A stretch of DNA of 64,000 nucleotides, taken from the NCBI RefSeq assembly GCF_009914755.1, contig NC_060932.1; one strand, written 5' to 3'. Below, one piece after another: positions 26,881 to 42,540 of this stretch. The translations under genes were made by a program, and so were the position numbers. Within the stretch, counting starts at the first letter, position 1. Every line of letters starts with the position of its first letter. Source of the DNA: the human T2T-CHM13v2.0 reference genome, Homo sapiens. The notes beneath the pieces are model-generated. The model saw only the letters and a program-made list of their open reading frames with translations, ran no database searches and was not told where the DNA came from.

Positions 26881-27844
26881 CCCACCACCCTGCTGAGTGA
26901 CCCACACTACTAACGAGAACACAATTAATATAAAGCAATAGTAGCTACAGTTATTTTAATTTTTGAATTACAAAAGTGAGTGTCAGAAATTGTTTTATTA
27001 GATAATAGATGTTTTGTTCCTTGATATTCACAGATATCTTGAATTTACTGGCTACATTAAAAAAAAAATAGTCTACTGCTAAAAGGATGCTGTGGTAACC
27101 AGACTAGCCACTTAGAGGTACAAGCCAGGTGTTCCCCGGGCTGCTAGCAAAGTCTATCACTAACTACTATCAGCACCTCTTTCTATCTTATTTCTGGGTC
27201 CTTCCAGACAGTGAAATACTAAACAAAAGGGAAGGGGCTGTGAGCTTGTGAAATGAACAATGGACAAGCAGTCAGCATCACAGAATTTTAATGTGACGGA
27301 GGCGGAGTTGAGGGATGGCAGAGAGTTATGGTGGAGGTCTGCAGAGAAGCCCTAGACCTAGACCTGCCCAGTGTGAAAAGCAATAGTACTTTCACTGTTT
27401 TCAGCTCAGAAAAGTGGAAAGGGGGTGACACTCACTCTCAATTTTGAAGGACTTGGAGGAGCCAGCCAGGAGAAGAAGAGGGGGAAGGACATCACCGACC
27501 CAGACAGCACCAGGTACAAACTGCTGTGGTGTGTTCAGTGAACTTGAAAATAGTCGGGGCAAGCAGGAGCAGACGGTGTGGGAGGGTGAATCTAGAGAAG
27601 GGGGTGCGGGATGGACTCTGACCAGCCTCCTGTGTCACTCTAGGGGATGTGGACTTCATCTTGCAGCGCTGAATGTGTTAATATAACTGGCTCTGGGGCA
27701 TCAACTCACAAGAGGAGGATACAGGAGTCATGCATTGTTCTCCAACAACAACAAAAAGATATAGATCAACATCACCTAGCTCGGTAGTTAGGGGCATTTG
27801 CTTCATCAGACAGAGGCAATTTCTTCTTCCTAGCTGCGAAAATG

Positions 27845-28000
27845 TGAGCAATACATTTAACCTCACCAAGCCTCAGTTTTCTCATCAGTAAAACTGGAGT
27901 TGTAATATATACTATGAGGATTAAATGAAATTCTGTAGATAAAACCCTTAGCCTTTCTGCAGGCATGGAGTTATACTCAGTAAAAGATAGCTATTATATT
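27845..28000 (+). mobile_element. MIR
   Basis: aagcctcagttttctcatcagtaaaactgg...tgaggattaaatga. Confidence 0.8.
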
Positions 28001-28014
28001 TTAAAGTACTTTAA

Positions 28015-28455
<441 letters not shown>

Positions 28456-28459
28456 CAGC

Positions 28460-30510
28460 TCCTTCTTGACAATATTTCCTCTATGTCTCCGACTAGTCTT
28501 TAATATCAATTTCAATCTGTCTCTCCTTCCACTTCAATTTGTTCATTTCTTTGTCCTACCATTGCCATACCCATCTGCAAATTCTCCACCGAAGATGTAG
28601 CTATCTGCTAGAGGTAAACATCATTCCAAAATCATGGCCATTGGCACCACCATTGATGTCTGGCCTACCCCTGGCTGGGCACTCAGCACCACCTCAGTTC
28701 TTACAAATGTCCCCAGCCAGCTCACTTCTCTAATTATGCAAAGTAACACTTCCCACCTCTTTAGAACCCTGATCCCACTCCCACCTGGCTTGCTTTCAGC
28801 AAACAAACTCTTTTCCCCCAATAAAGAACACAGTAGCTATCAGAAGGAAATTCTATTTCCTGTCCCTGCACCAGAAAAATATATCTATTCTCCACTTCTC
28901 CCTTCCTACCTCAGAGGTACCTCTTTTTCTGTGCACTGTAGATTCCCTCTCTTCCCACTTCCTATGGAAAACTCATCAACCATCGCCTTTCCTTTCAACT
29001 TCTTCTCTACTGATAACATCAGTTCATTTATTCCATAGGCATTTATAAAGCAACTATAATCAAGCATCTTTGATTCTTCACATACACGGATAAATAAAAC
29101 ATTACAGCCTATAAACACATTAAAGTCCCTCCCACACACCATGTTTCCTCATGGAGTCTGAATATGTGCCAGTTCCTTGCAACAGTAACAACAACAACAG
29201 CACGTGCACCCAGCATGTGCCCACTGCCAGGAACATTCTTCCATAGATCTTCCAAGGCCAGTTTCTACTCATACTTTAGGTGCTGGCTTAATGTCACCTG
29301 CTCAAAGAGTTCTTCCTAGGATATGAACAGACACTTCTCAAAAAAAAGACATTTATGCAGCCAGCAAACATATGAAAAAAACTCATCATCACTGGTTATT
29401 AGAGAAACAAAAATCAAAACCACAGTGAGATACCATCTCATGCCAGTTAGAATGGTGATCATTAAAAAGTCAGGAAACAACAGATGCTGGCGAGGATGTG
29501 GAGAAATAAGAACGCTTTTACACTGTTGGTGGGAGTGTAAATTAGTTCAACCACTGTGGAAGACAGTGTGGTGATTCCTCAAGGATCCAGAGCTAGAAAT
29601 ACCATTTGACCCAGCCATCCCATTACTGGGTATATACCCAAAGGATTATAAATCATTCTACTATAAAGACACATGCACACGCATGTTTATTGCAGCACTA
29701 TTCACAATAGCAAAGACTTGGAACCAATCCAAATGTCCATCAATGATAAACTGGATAAAGAAAATATAGCACATATATACCATGGAATACTATGCAGTCA
29801 TAAAAATAATAAGTTCATGTCCTTTGCAGGGACATGGATGAAGCTGGAAACCATCATTCTCAGCAAACTAACACAGGAACAGAAAACCAAACACTGCATG
29901 TTCTCACTCATAAGTGACAGGTGAACAATGAGAACACACGGACACAGGGAGGGGAACATCACTCACCGAGGCCTGTTGGGGGTTGGGGGACAAGGGGAGG
30001 GAGAGCAGTAGGACAAATACCTGATGCATGCGGGGCTTAAAAACTAAATGACAGGTTGATAGGTGCCGCAAACCACCATGGCACATGTATACCAATGTAA
30101 CAAATCTGCACATTCAGCACAGGTATCCCAGAACGTAAAGTAAAATTAAAAAAAAAAATTACAGTGGGGCATGAGGAATTTTTGGAGATGGTAATTTGTG
30201 TTGATGATTGTACATATATATGTATGCATTTATATGTACATATGTAAGTAAATGTTAAAAAAAGAAAGAGTTCTTCCTTGACCAGCCAATCTAATGAGCC
30301 ATCTTTTTCTTCGTTATTGGTTATCTTTTAACCTTTCCTGTTTCCTTCATATCAGTTATCTGATGTTGTGATGAAAAGCTTCTCAGTCTGCCCACTTGCT
30401 TATTTTCTGTTGTTTCCACTAGTCTGAACCTTCATGAGAACTGAGACTCTTATGTTTTACTCAGCACAGTATCTCGTACCTAGTAGGCAACTCAGAAAGC
30501 ATTGTTGATT
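28460..30510 (+). mobile_element. L2 fragments, split by L1PA at 29318-30264
   Basis: tcacctgctcaaagagttcttcct|tgaccagccaatcta rejoins the L2 motif tcacctcctcagagaggccttccctgaccacc; L2 3' end near 30480-30510. Confidence 0.7.
29318..30158 (+). mobile_element. L1PA7/8-like, 5' truncated
   Basis: aggatatgaacagacacttctc...ORF2 C-terminus ([25 protein letters not shown])...G-rich 3' UTR...A tail at ~30141-30158. Confidence 0.95.
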
Positions 30511-31254
30511 GTACACACCAGGTGCCAGCACCATATCTGCCTTAATCTTTTTTTTAATTTTTTCTTTATCTCTATCATACAGCCTACTGAATTTCAACAT
30601 CAACTAAAATTAGAATCTCCCAGGCTCTTAACAATCTTCATGCCCAAAGCACACTCAGACCAGCTATCACTGAGGTGAGATTTAGGTAATTCCAAAAGCC
30701 AAGCTTGAGAACAACTGACCTAGCCTCTGCATGACACAAGTGAGGCTCAATAAAGGAGTGAAGAGATGAATGAATGTTCAGGGAATGGGGTCATTCAGCT
30801 TCTGCTTATCTTTAGTCCTCTTCTCCTTGGTCTCTCCCCACATAATCTGTTATCTAGGCATGCAAAGCCCCAAACAAGCCCTGCCCTCTCATTTTTCCAA
30901 CCTTTCAAGTGGTGCTAGCTCTACTAAAACATCCATGCCCCAGCCTGGCTCCCTAAGGAGTTTCCCTACTGGTAAAATCTGGGTTTGGGTTCAACACAAG
31001 CTCCTCTGCCAGGCTCTGGGCCTCTTCTCTGCTTGCTCATGACATGCTATTAGTGCAGTCAAGGCTGCTTCCTGCTGCTGTGTCATGATTATTCTGACCA
31101 AGAGCTCTTTTCTCCTGTGCCCCATGTGTGGCAGGCTGCCTAGTCAGCAATGGCATTCCACAGACGTTGTAGAAGGAAATGAAGTAACACACTTAATGAA
31201 CTTTAAACGAGATGCTCTGCTTTCATTTCTGGGTGATTTTTGTTGTTGTTGTTG

Positions 31255-31575
31255 TTTTTAACAGCATTATTGAGACCTAGTCACATAATGTACAATTCAC
31301 CAATTTAAATGGTACCATTCCATGGTTTTTAGGATAGTCACAAAAGTATATAACCATCACCACAATCAATTTTAGAATATTTCATCACTCCAAATCCAAA
31401 AGGAACCCCGTACTTATTAACAGTCATTCCCCTTGTACCCCTCATTCTCCCAGGCCTCAGTAACCATTCATAGAGACAGAATTCTGTTTCTATAGGTTTG
31501 CCTATTCTGGTCATTTCATATAAATAGAATCATACAACACCTTGTCTGTTGTGATTGGTATTAACTTCCACTTTT
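31255..31575 (-). mobile_element. L1MB-like 3' end
   Basis: ttttaacagcattattgaga...caattcaccaatttaaa...accatcaccacaatcaattttagaatattt...tttgcctattctgg. Confidence 0.85.
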
Positions 31576-31909
31576 GAAGACCTATTTGTCTATAAGCATC
31601 ACTCTCCTATTGAGTGTATACGATGGAATATGGACTCTGGTAGAGATCTTGAAGGATGAACCAAGGCAATGTTTCTTAGACCAAATTTCACAGCAGCCTG
31701 GTAAATCATCCAAATTCTTGAGCCCCAAGGTGAGAGAGTATAAGGAGGAAGGAGAATGGAGACACTTAGCTACACCTGTTACCCCAGAAGAGCAGGAAAG
31801 AGAGATGGATTTCAACAGGGCTCAGCTGTGCCTCCTACCACCCCAGCCTGTCCCAGCTGGGCCATATGAACAGGACCTCCTGCACCATCAGGACCCCCAC
31901 ATTGAGGGC

Positions 31910-32110
31910 AAACTTCCAGAGTCAAAATCTAGATTTGCCACACATTACCTGTAACTTTTGATGTCCTGCTTCCTCATCTCTTAAAAAAGGATAGAAGTAA
32001 TTCCTATTTTATAGATACCACATCATAGAATTGTGAAGATTTAATGAAAAAACACACATACAAGTGCATAGCACAGCACCTGGGACATTGTAAATACCAA
32101 TGCATGTTTA
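31910..32110 (+). mobile_element. MIR
   Basis: cttcctcatctcttaaaaaagg...ttgtgaagatttaatga...agcacagcacctgggacattgtaa. Confidence 0.7.
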
Positions 32111-32380
32111 CACTTGTTGCTTGATCACAGCTGTTTGTATATTGTTCTTCTAAGCAATATTTAATATCGAAAGGGGGTTCTGATGCTTTAAAAAGTACTG
32201 CAAACCATTATTCTAGGAAAACTTCACATACCATGCAGGATTCTTCTGCCAGATGATCATCTGTGTTCTGCTTGCTATGAGCTAGGACAGTGGAAAGATT
32301 TAGATGAAGTTGAAGAGTAATTCACAGAAAGTGAAGGGAGAGATAGGTTACGTTCATTCCTAGCACAAAAAGTTGATGAA

Positions 32381-32765
<385 letters not shown>

Positions 32766-33646
32766 TTATGGAACTTGGTTCAGTTCACCAAGGGCAGATC
32801 ATCTATTCACCTGCACCCCTCTCCCACAATTTCTTTATTTTCTTTGTACTATTTTTATGTGCCAGACCTGTATGTGCTGTCTCCTAAATAGATCTGAATA
32901 CAAGCCCTCAGGAGGTGTCTCCAAAATACACCTGAAATCGGCCCTTGGGGTGCTGACCCTCCGTAGGCAATCTACTGGTCAGATACAACCATCTGTCTGC
33001 ATCAGACAGTGCAGCAAGGAGCCACAGGGTATCTTGATTTTGCTGTCAGCTGGTCAGACAATTATCCTGCAAGCTCCCAGGGAGCTGTTCTTGCATGTAA
33101 GCCTCACATGTCTATTTCAAGTTGTGTAGCATAATTAGTGGACCTTTGTCTCACTTCCACTGCTTTGAATGGGCTTGCCTGCACATCTGGCAAACCTTTG
33201 CTCAGATTCCGCTCCACCATCCCTCATGACGTTCCCTTCTCTATGATTCCCCAGCTAGGACAGCTCCTAGGACAGTGCCCGGTTGTCACCTGTGTATAAG
33301 ACCAACTCTGCTGCTGCACTGTGAGCATTAGTAAGGACCTTTTTCCTTTATCTTTGTGTCTCCCAGTCTAGCCTTGGGTCTAGCACAAAAAATGCTCATT
33401 CCTCCCTTTGACAGATATGCATTGAGATCCTATTGTGGGCTGAAACTTCAAAATGCAAACATTTCATGAAAGCATGGAATTTTAACTCTGAAAGGAATTT
33501 CGAGAGACCAAAGGAGGCCCCAGAGAAAGTAGGTCTTATTGAGCGTCCCAATGCCTAGGTGGGGAAAACTCTAGGAATACACCTTGCTCTTTTATGGCAG
33601 GGATTTTTCCTTTGGCTAAAATAACAGAATTTTAATAACTTGGTTA

Positions 33647-34009
<363 letters not shown>

Positions 34010-34439
34010 TCAAGGACTAGCCCTGCAAGCACCCCTGGGCTGGTGGCTATGGATATTTACACATAGCAACCCAAATTCTCCCTGTGGCTAATCGCACTGT
34101 TGCCTGACTCTCTGCACTTTTCACACCTTCATCCTGCAGGCTCATGTCTCACCCACGCCAGGGCCTGTAAAAATTTAACTCGGTGCAATTGCACAATCTT
34201 GAAAGCATGAATTGCTTTTTGAGGCAATGAATGAAAGTCTTCAATATGCCCTTGGAGAGAAAGAATGGAATAAGTTGTCACAAACATAAATGTTTTTGTC
34301 AGGCTCAAGCGAGGTTATTACACAAATGAAGGAAGGAAAGGGGATGCTCCTTTGGGCCAGCTTAGGAGACAGATGAAATCTCTTTCTGTTTCTCTTCCTA
34401 CTGCTCTTTGTAATTTCTATTGTTAAGAACCGATTTCCA

Positions 34440-34722
34440 GGCTGGGCACAGTGCCTCATGTCTGTAATCCCAGCACTTTGGGAAGATCACTTGAGCCCAG
34501 GAGTTCCAGACCAGGCTGGGCAACAAAGTCAGACTGTTTCTATAAAAAAAAAAAAAATTAAAAATTAGCCAGGTGTGGTGGCACATACCCGTAGTCCCAT
34601 CTACTCAGGAGGCTGAGGTGGGAGGATCCCTTGAGCCCAGGAGGTCAAGGCTGCAGTGAGCTGTGATGGCGCCAGTGCACTCCAGCCTGGGTGACAGAGC
34701 CAGGCTCTGTCTCAAAAAAAAA
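34440..34722 (+). mobile_element. AluJ with small left-arm deletion
   Basis: ttgagcccaggaggtcaaggctgcagtgagctgtgat (AluJ); ctttgggaa|gatcac junction. Confidence 0.93.
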
Positions 34723-34739
34723 GTAGAACCTATTTCCCT

Positions 34740-34890
34740 TTGGATAGAGGTGATGGATACATTCATTACTTTGGTTGTAGTAATGGTTTTATGGATATTT
34801 GCATATGTCCAAACACATCAAATTGTATACATTAAATAAGTGTAGTTTTTATATATTATTTATACCTCAATAAAGTTGTTTTTAAAAAAT
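34740..34890 (+). mobile_element. Short L1M (L1MA9/MB-like) 3' terminal fragment
   Basis: gaggtgatggatac...catcaaattgtatacattaaata...tatacctcaataaagttgtt then A-rich tail. Confidence 0.8.
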
Positions 34891-35742
34891 AGAAGAATCT
34901 ATTTTCTCACTGAGTCTAAATAATGGTTCAGCAAATCCATTATTTTGTGTCTCTCACCAAGACAGGCTTTGGTGAGAAAGAGCAAGACTTTTGCCTCTTG
35001 AAGGCTGCTGATACACTTCTCTTAATTAGTCATGATGGCACCAACGCCAATGAATGCCACAACTTTAGGTCAGGCCACAATTATCTCTCATTTGGACCAC
35101 CGAGTAGGTCTCCTAACCATTCTCCTTGACTCCAGTTTGAAATCTTCTAAGAAACTTTCCATGCTGTAGCCGGAGAGATCATCCTAAAATTCTAATCTGA
35201 CCACCTAGTTCCTCTGAGTCATGCCCTGCAGGGTTTCCCACTGTCCTGAAGAGAAAGCATCAACTCCTTAATATAGGTTAGCAGTCATCTGGCCAAGATT
35301 GCTGCCTACAGACACAGGCACCTGGCTAAGAATTTGAGTGGGGCTGGAATCCACATGCTAAGCCATGAACCCGGGCAATGGCCTACTTTTGCCTAAGATC
35401 TAGTGAGAACTAGAGGTTCCCCAGAGGGTTTATTACGTACTGTTGTTAACTCAGATCTAGTCGTCCCTATGCTTGCTTCCATCCTAACCTCAGCACTATA
35501 ATCCACCATATTAGCATCTCAAAATTTCTCTCTATCTTCTTTCTGATGCTTTACCCATGTTCTCCTCTGCTTTAACTTCTTTTTCTTTCTCTCTTCACCT
35601 GGGTAAGTCACATTCTTCTTCCTGCTCTCCACTTAAATATCATCTTCCCACATCCTCTTGGAATAGGTTAGGTGCCTCAAATACATGTTCCCAAAGCACC
35701 AAGTGTTTTTGTTTTTCATACAGAGAGATCATGCTATAGTCC

Positions 35743-36073
35743 TTTTTTTTTTTTTTTTTTTTTTTTGAGACAGAGTTTAGCTCTCTGTCACCAGGCTGGA
35801 GTGCAGTGGCATGATCTCAACTCACTGCAACCTCTGCCTCCTGGGTCCAACTCACTGCAACCTCTGCCTCGTGGGTCCAAGCAATCTGCCTCAGCCTCCC
35901 GAGTAGCTGGGATTATAGGCCCGCACCGCCACGCCCAGCTAATTTTTGTATTTTTAATAGAGACAGGGTTTCACCATGTTGGCCAGGATGGTCTCCATCT
36001 CCTGACCTCATGATCCACCCGCCTTGACATCCCACAGTGCTGGGATTGCAGGTGTGAGCCACCGCGCCCAGCC
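35743..36073 (-). mobile_element. AluSc-like with internal 30-bp tandem duplication
   Basis: ggccaggatggtctccatctcctgacctcatgatcc; duplication at 35818-35877. Confidence 0.95.
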
Positions 36074-36499
36074 TTTATAGTCTTTTAATTGCCTATTTAT
36101 CTGTCTTCCTTTGAGAGTGGGTCTGTACCATGTTTCTTTTGTAATCTCTTTGTCTAAATATTCAACAGATATCTGTTGATCAAAGGAATGAATGAATAAA
36201 TGGATGGATGCATAAATATGTTAAAAATTTTGAACTTCTGTTTCTTCATACCTACTGTCCGATATTCATCTTAAGAGTTTTTTTCTCTACCCTTACAGAA
36301 TGCCCTTGCAGAGGTGCAGTTCTAGGGACTGAGAATCTGTCTTAGTTCATCCAAAACCACAACTTTCAGATTTTACAGATGAAAAAATGTCAAATTTCTT
36401 TCCTTTGAGTCTTGATATTTTTATATGAAAAGATAACAGTCTTTCTAAGACGTCTTCACTCACAGGTCTACCCACCCTTCCCCAACATGGCAGCCAAGG

Positions 36500-36940
36500 C
36501 AATATAGTAAAAGGCCTTGAATGTCTTACTGAGGAGTTTGGTTTTCACCCTATCGGGGATAGGGAGTTCATGAAGCATTTTGAGCAGGAGAGTGACATGC
36601 TCATACTTGTGTTTTGAGTAATCACTCTGGCAGAGTAAGAAATATGAGAGCCTGAGGCCAGGGAAGGCACAGAGAAAGCCACTGGAACAGTCCAGGCAAG
36701 ACATGATAAAGGTCTGGACCGGGGAAGGGATCATGGCAGTGAACATGAAAATGCAGAATCAAGAAACACTTAGGAGATCAAAATCTCTTGGACTTGATGG
36801 ATGTAAGGGGAGGAGAAAAATTGGAAATGATTCCAGAGTTTCTAGTTTCAGCACTGGGTCCCTGGTGGTGCTATCATCCAAACTCAGAACTGTGCAAAAA
36901 ATATTGAGTTCTCTTTAAGATGTGTTCAGTTTAAGTTGTG
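36500..36940 (-). mobile_element. L2
   Basis: ggccttgaatgtc...aggagtttggtttt...ttttgagcaggagagtgacatg...atcactctggcag. Confidence 0.8.
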
Positions 36941-37769
36941 AACTTTCATAAGAAACAAAGGTAGTAACTGTGTCTATATACCCCTCTTTGGTATGCCTTA
37001 AATTCATGGAGATGAATTTATACATAGGAGGTATTCAAAATGTTTCTTGAATTGAATTGAAGGTGCAGTTCATCCTACTTATAAAATTTTCAATATATTT
37101 AATTCCTACTGTCAGTGGTGTGTCTTTCGCAAAACATGCAAAGACCTATCCAACCATACTGCTCTAATATAATATTTATCCATAGGACAAGTAAAGAAAT
37201 TGCAACCCCCTGGAAAGTATGACTAAAAAATTTTCCTGCAATAATAATTTTCACTAAGTGGTTGAAGGAGTCACGAAAAGGGATGGTTATTACAGCAACC
37301 ACAAATTGGCCCAGAGCTACACTTGGCTTCCAGTTTCACTGCAAATTTCAGGGAAGCCATAAAAGATTCAAGTGAAATCTGGTTGGTTGATTAGAAACAT
37401 GTGAAGAAACCTCACAAACAGGCACGTGTTTCACATTTCCTAGGCCAAAGTTTGCCAAGTATTAATAATCATATGCCCTACGATATTCCAGAAAACGGTA
37501 TTACCCCAGCTGGCCCTTGGAAGGACAGAACCTGGGTCAGGAGAGCATCCAACAAATCCAGAACTTTCATAGAGAGAAAATTAACAAATAAATGGCATGC
37601 AGAATGGAGATCACCACACCTACTTCCTCCAGCTTCCCTACCCTGCTGCCAATGCTGCCTTCATGCCCCTGCCCTCAGCCTGGTCTCTGCTCACCTTCGT
37701 ATCAGAGGAAATTGGAGGATGGAGCCTCTCACATGAGAGCACCGTTGCCTCCTATCCAAACACAAATTC

Positions 37770-37985
37770 CAGAGTGGAACAAACACAGGTTTTGGAAACA
37801 GGAAGTCCTAAATTTGAAACCAAATTTCCCCATTGACTTTGAGTAATTCACTTAACCTCTTTGAGCCTCAGGTTTTTTTGTTTGCAAAACAAGGATAAGA
37901 CCTACTTTGAAGGAGGGCTATAAAGACTGAATGCAATAGTTTATGTAAAACACATACACATACGTGATGTTAACAAATGTGTTTG
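37770..37985 (+). mobile_element. MIR
   Basis: tgactttgagtaattcacttaacctctttgagcctcag...aaaacaaggataa. Confidence 0.75.
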
Positions 37986-38529
37986 ACCCTTCTTCCTTCT
38001 GTCTGATGACCTGCCAAAGCAAGTTTAAAGCCAAACTCTCACTGAACGCAACTCTCATACCCAGAAGTCCCAAGGAACTGGAGCCAATTTACACAGCAAC
38101 TGATGACCTGATCAGAGTGCTCTGTAGAGGGCTTAGTTTCATCCAATTGTCCTTTGACTCAGAGTGCATGAGACAAAAACAAATCTGGTCTCCCCTACAA
38201 GAGCAAGGACAATGGAATAGTCTAGAATAATCAGCTCAGACCTCATAGATGAGGTATCATTTGAACTAGGATTTAATGGATGAGTAACATTTTCTGGGGG
38301 GGGAATAAGAGAAATTTTATACAAAAGAGGTAGATGAATAAATACACGGAGGCCATGATGTGCTCAAGAAACAATAACTGGTTAAGTATGGTAAGAAATG
38401 CTGAGAGATGGGGCTGGCAAGGTGAACTGGGCTAGTTCACCAAGCTCTTATCAGGCAGAGCATCTAGACTGAGGTCTATAAATAATGCAGGCTTAACGCA
38501 AATCTCATTAAAGAGCTTTGAAATTTTCT

Positions 38530-39720
38530 CTTTTGTATTTTATTATATTTTCTTTTTAGTATTTTCTATCCTCATTATAAAAACCATGCATGTAGTAAAA
38601 AAAAATTTCAAGCAGTACAAAAAGATATACTTTTAAAAATCAATCCCTCTCTTTATCCCAGACTATGGGGTCTATTGTTCAGAGGTAACCAGTGTCAAAT
38701 CTTTATTCCTTCTCCTTCAAGAAATTGTCCATGTATAATAAATACTGTTATAAGCCTTTTTAGTGAATAAATATTTATACACTATCACACTTGCTTCTTT
38801 TCCACTTTGCAATATAGCACAGAGATCTTTCCATTTCAGTATGTATAATTTCACCTCATTATTTTAAATAGCTATATGGTATTCCACACATCAGATTGTT
38901 ACATCATCTTCTCAGTAGTCTCCAGTTGGCAGATAATCAACAGTCCCCAATTGTTGATTATTACAAACAAGGCTTCAATCCATTCTTGCACTATCTACCC
39001 TTTGCAACCATGTGGGAGTATCACTGTAGGAAAAAAACTCCTAAAAGGAGAATTGCTGGATCAAAGGGTATGTGCTTTTTAAATCTGAGAGCTATTTTCA
39101 ACTTGCCCATTTAAAAAAATACCAATTTATATTCCCACAACTAGAATATGACTGTATCTACTTCTGTATACTCTTTACATCACTCTGTTATCAAACTTTA
39201 AGTCTTGGCCAATCTGATAACTGAACATTGTTTATTTCCTTGTTTTGACTTACATTTCTTTAACTGAGTGAAGATAACCAATGGCTCATATGTTTATAAA
39301 CCATTTGCACTTCTTTGTCTAAGAACAACTTTTTTTATTTTTCCTTGCCAATTTTTCTATTAGTTTGTTATATTTTCCTCCCTGATTTATAACAGCTATT
39401 TATATTTTACAGAAATAAGAAAATTGACCACCATTTCATTTACGGCTTCTGGGCTCTATCCAATGCTTAGAAAGATCTCTTCCACGCCAATGTTATTTTT
39501 AAATCCACTCATGTTTTCTTTCACACTTTTATGACTTCCTAGTTCATGTTTATGTTTTTGATAAACTAAGATCTTGTTTTGCTGTAGGGTATGAGATCTG
39601 GATTTTATTTTATTATTCCTTCTTTATGTCTTTCTTTTAATAGATTATTTTACCCTCACTAAAATTGTCATAATACGTATGTTTGTTCTTAGTTCTGTTC
39701 TCTTATTTGTTTTCTTCTTT
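38530..39720 (-). mobile_element. Old L1ME-like fragment
   Basis: ctcctaaaaggagaattgctggatcaaagggtatg; atttatattcccac; ttggccaatctgata; ccatttgcacttctttg. Confidence 0.75.
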
Positions 39721-40556
39721 TTTTATTCTTTCTCAGATTTTCATTTTTTGGTTACATGGTCTGTTTTCGTCTTCTTTGATCTATCTGCAATTTGTTTTTC
39801 TTTATGGAGAATTATTTGATGGAAGAACAGGAGCTCTACCTGGCACACAGTAAAGCCTCCTCTATCACAAGTGTGTGTTTATGCATCTGCCTGTGTTGTT
39901 CAGTTGACTCTGATATGATGACATCCACCCTCTGAGAGGGTTATGATGTTCTCTCTCACTGAGAATTCCCATAAGGATGGCATGGTAGCAGGATTCTCTT
40001 TTGACTCTGCTTCCCATGTTGCTCTGCAGTATGGAACAGGGACAAGGATGCTCTCCCAGTCTACACACAACCACATGTGTTGCTGTTTCAGGCACAACTG
40101 GCTTTTCAGAGATGTGCTGCCTCCTTTTGGAGACCTCTGTGGAACTGTGGATTTACGATGTGAAAGTTGATTATGCAAATTGGGTCATCCTGGTCACACC
40201 CAACTAAATCAGAGTCGAAGGATCAGGAGGAAAAAACACTCAGGGCACATAACGTTGCTCCAAGAATGTAATTCTCTGTGAGCTTGGCTGCTGAAACTCT
40301 CTGCTGTAAGCTGAAAGCGGTTTTATCTAACAGCTGATGAAACAACCTGCTTGTGACTCTAAGAATAGTCTTACCCATTGCCATCACCTACCAATCAAAA
40401 CTTGCAAAGCTTACCAAAACCTTACTAGTGCCAATGAACTTTGTCAAAGAGAAATACATAACACTTATCTTTTTAAAAAAATAAAACTTCCGACCTTCTC
40501 TTTATTCTTTTGACATACCGAAAACCACCTGGTCTGCATGTTTGCCTGGAATTAAA

Positions 40557-41170
<614 letters not shown>

Positions 41171-41429
41171 TAGAATTGAAATTCTTTCTTCCCAAATAAA
41201 ATGTTTAAATTTCAAAGATTCGTCTTTCTCTTTTATTCGACTTCAACAACTATAAGTGTCTTCCTCCCATTAGATCCAAATTTGACTATGTTTAGCAATT
41301 ATTGTTCAGAGTTTGGGGATTGTAGGTATTTTCTAAGTTCTTTGAAGATGAAATGTTCTTTTCTTTTGTTCAGTTCGTTTTAGAAGGTAGAGTTAGGGTG
41401 GAAATGGCTTTAATTCTTTGTTTCTAACC

Positions 41430-42540
<1,111 letters not shown>

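Noticed and set aside
29323-29924. L1 ORF2 C-terminal peptides
   Set aside because: Frameshifted, 5'-truncated L1PA remnant; not an active element.
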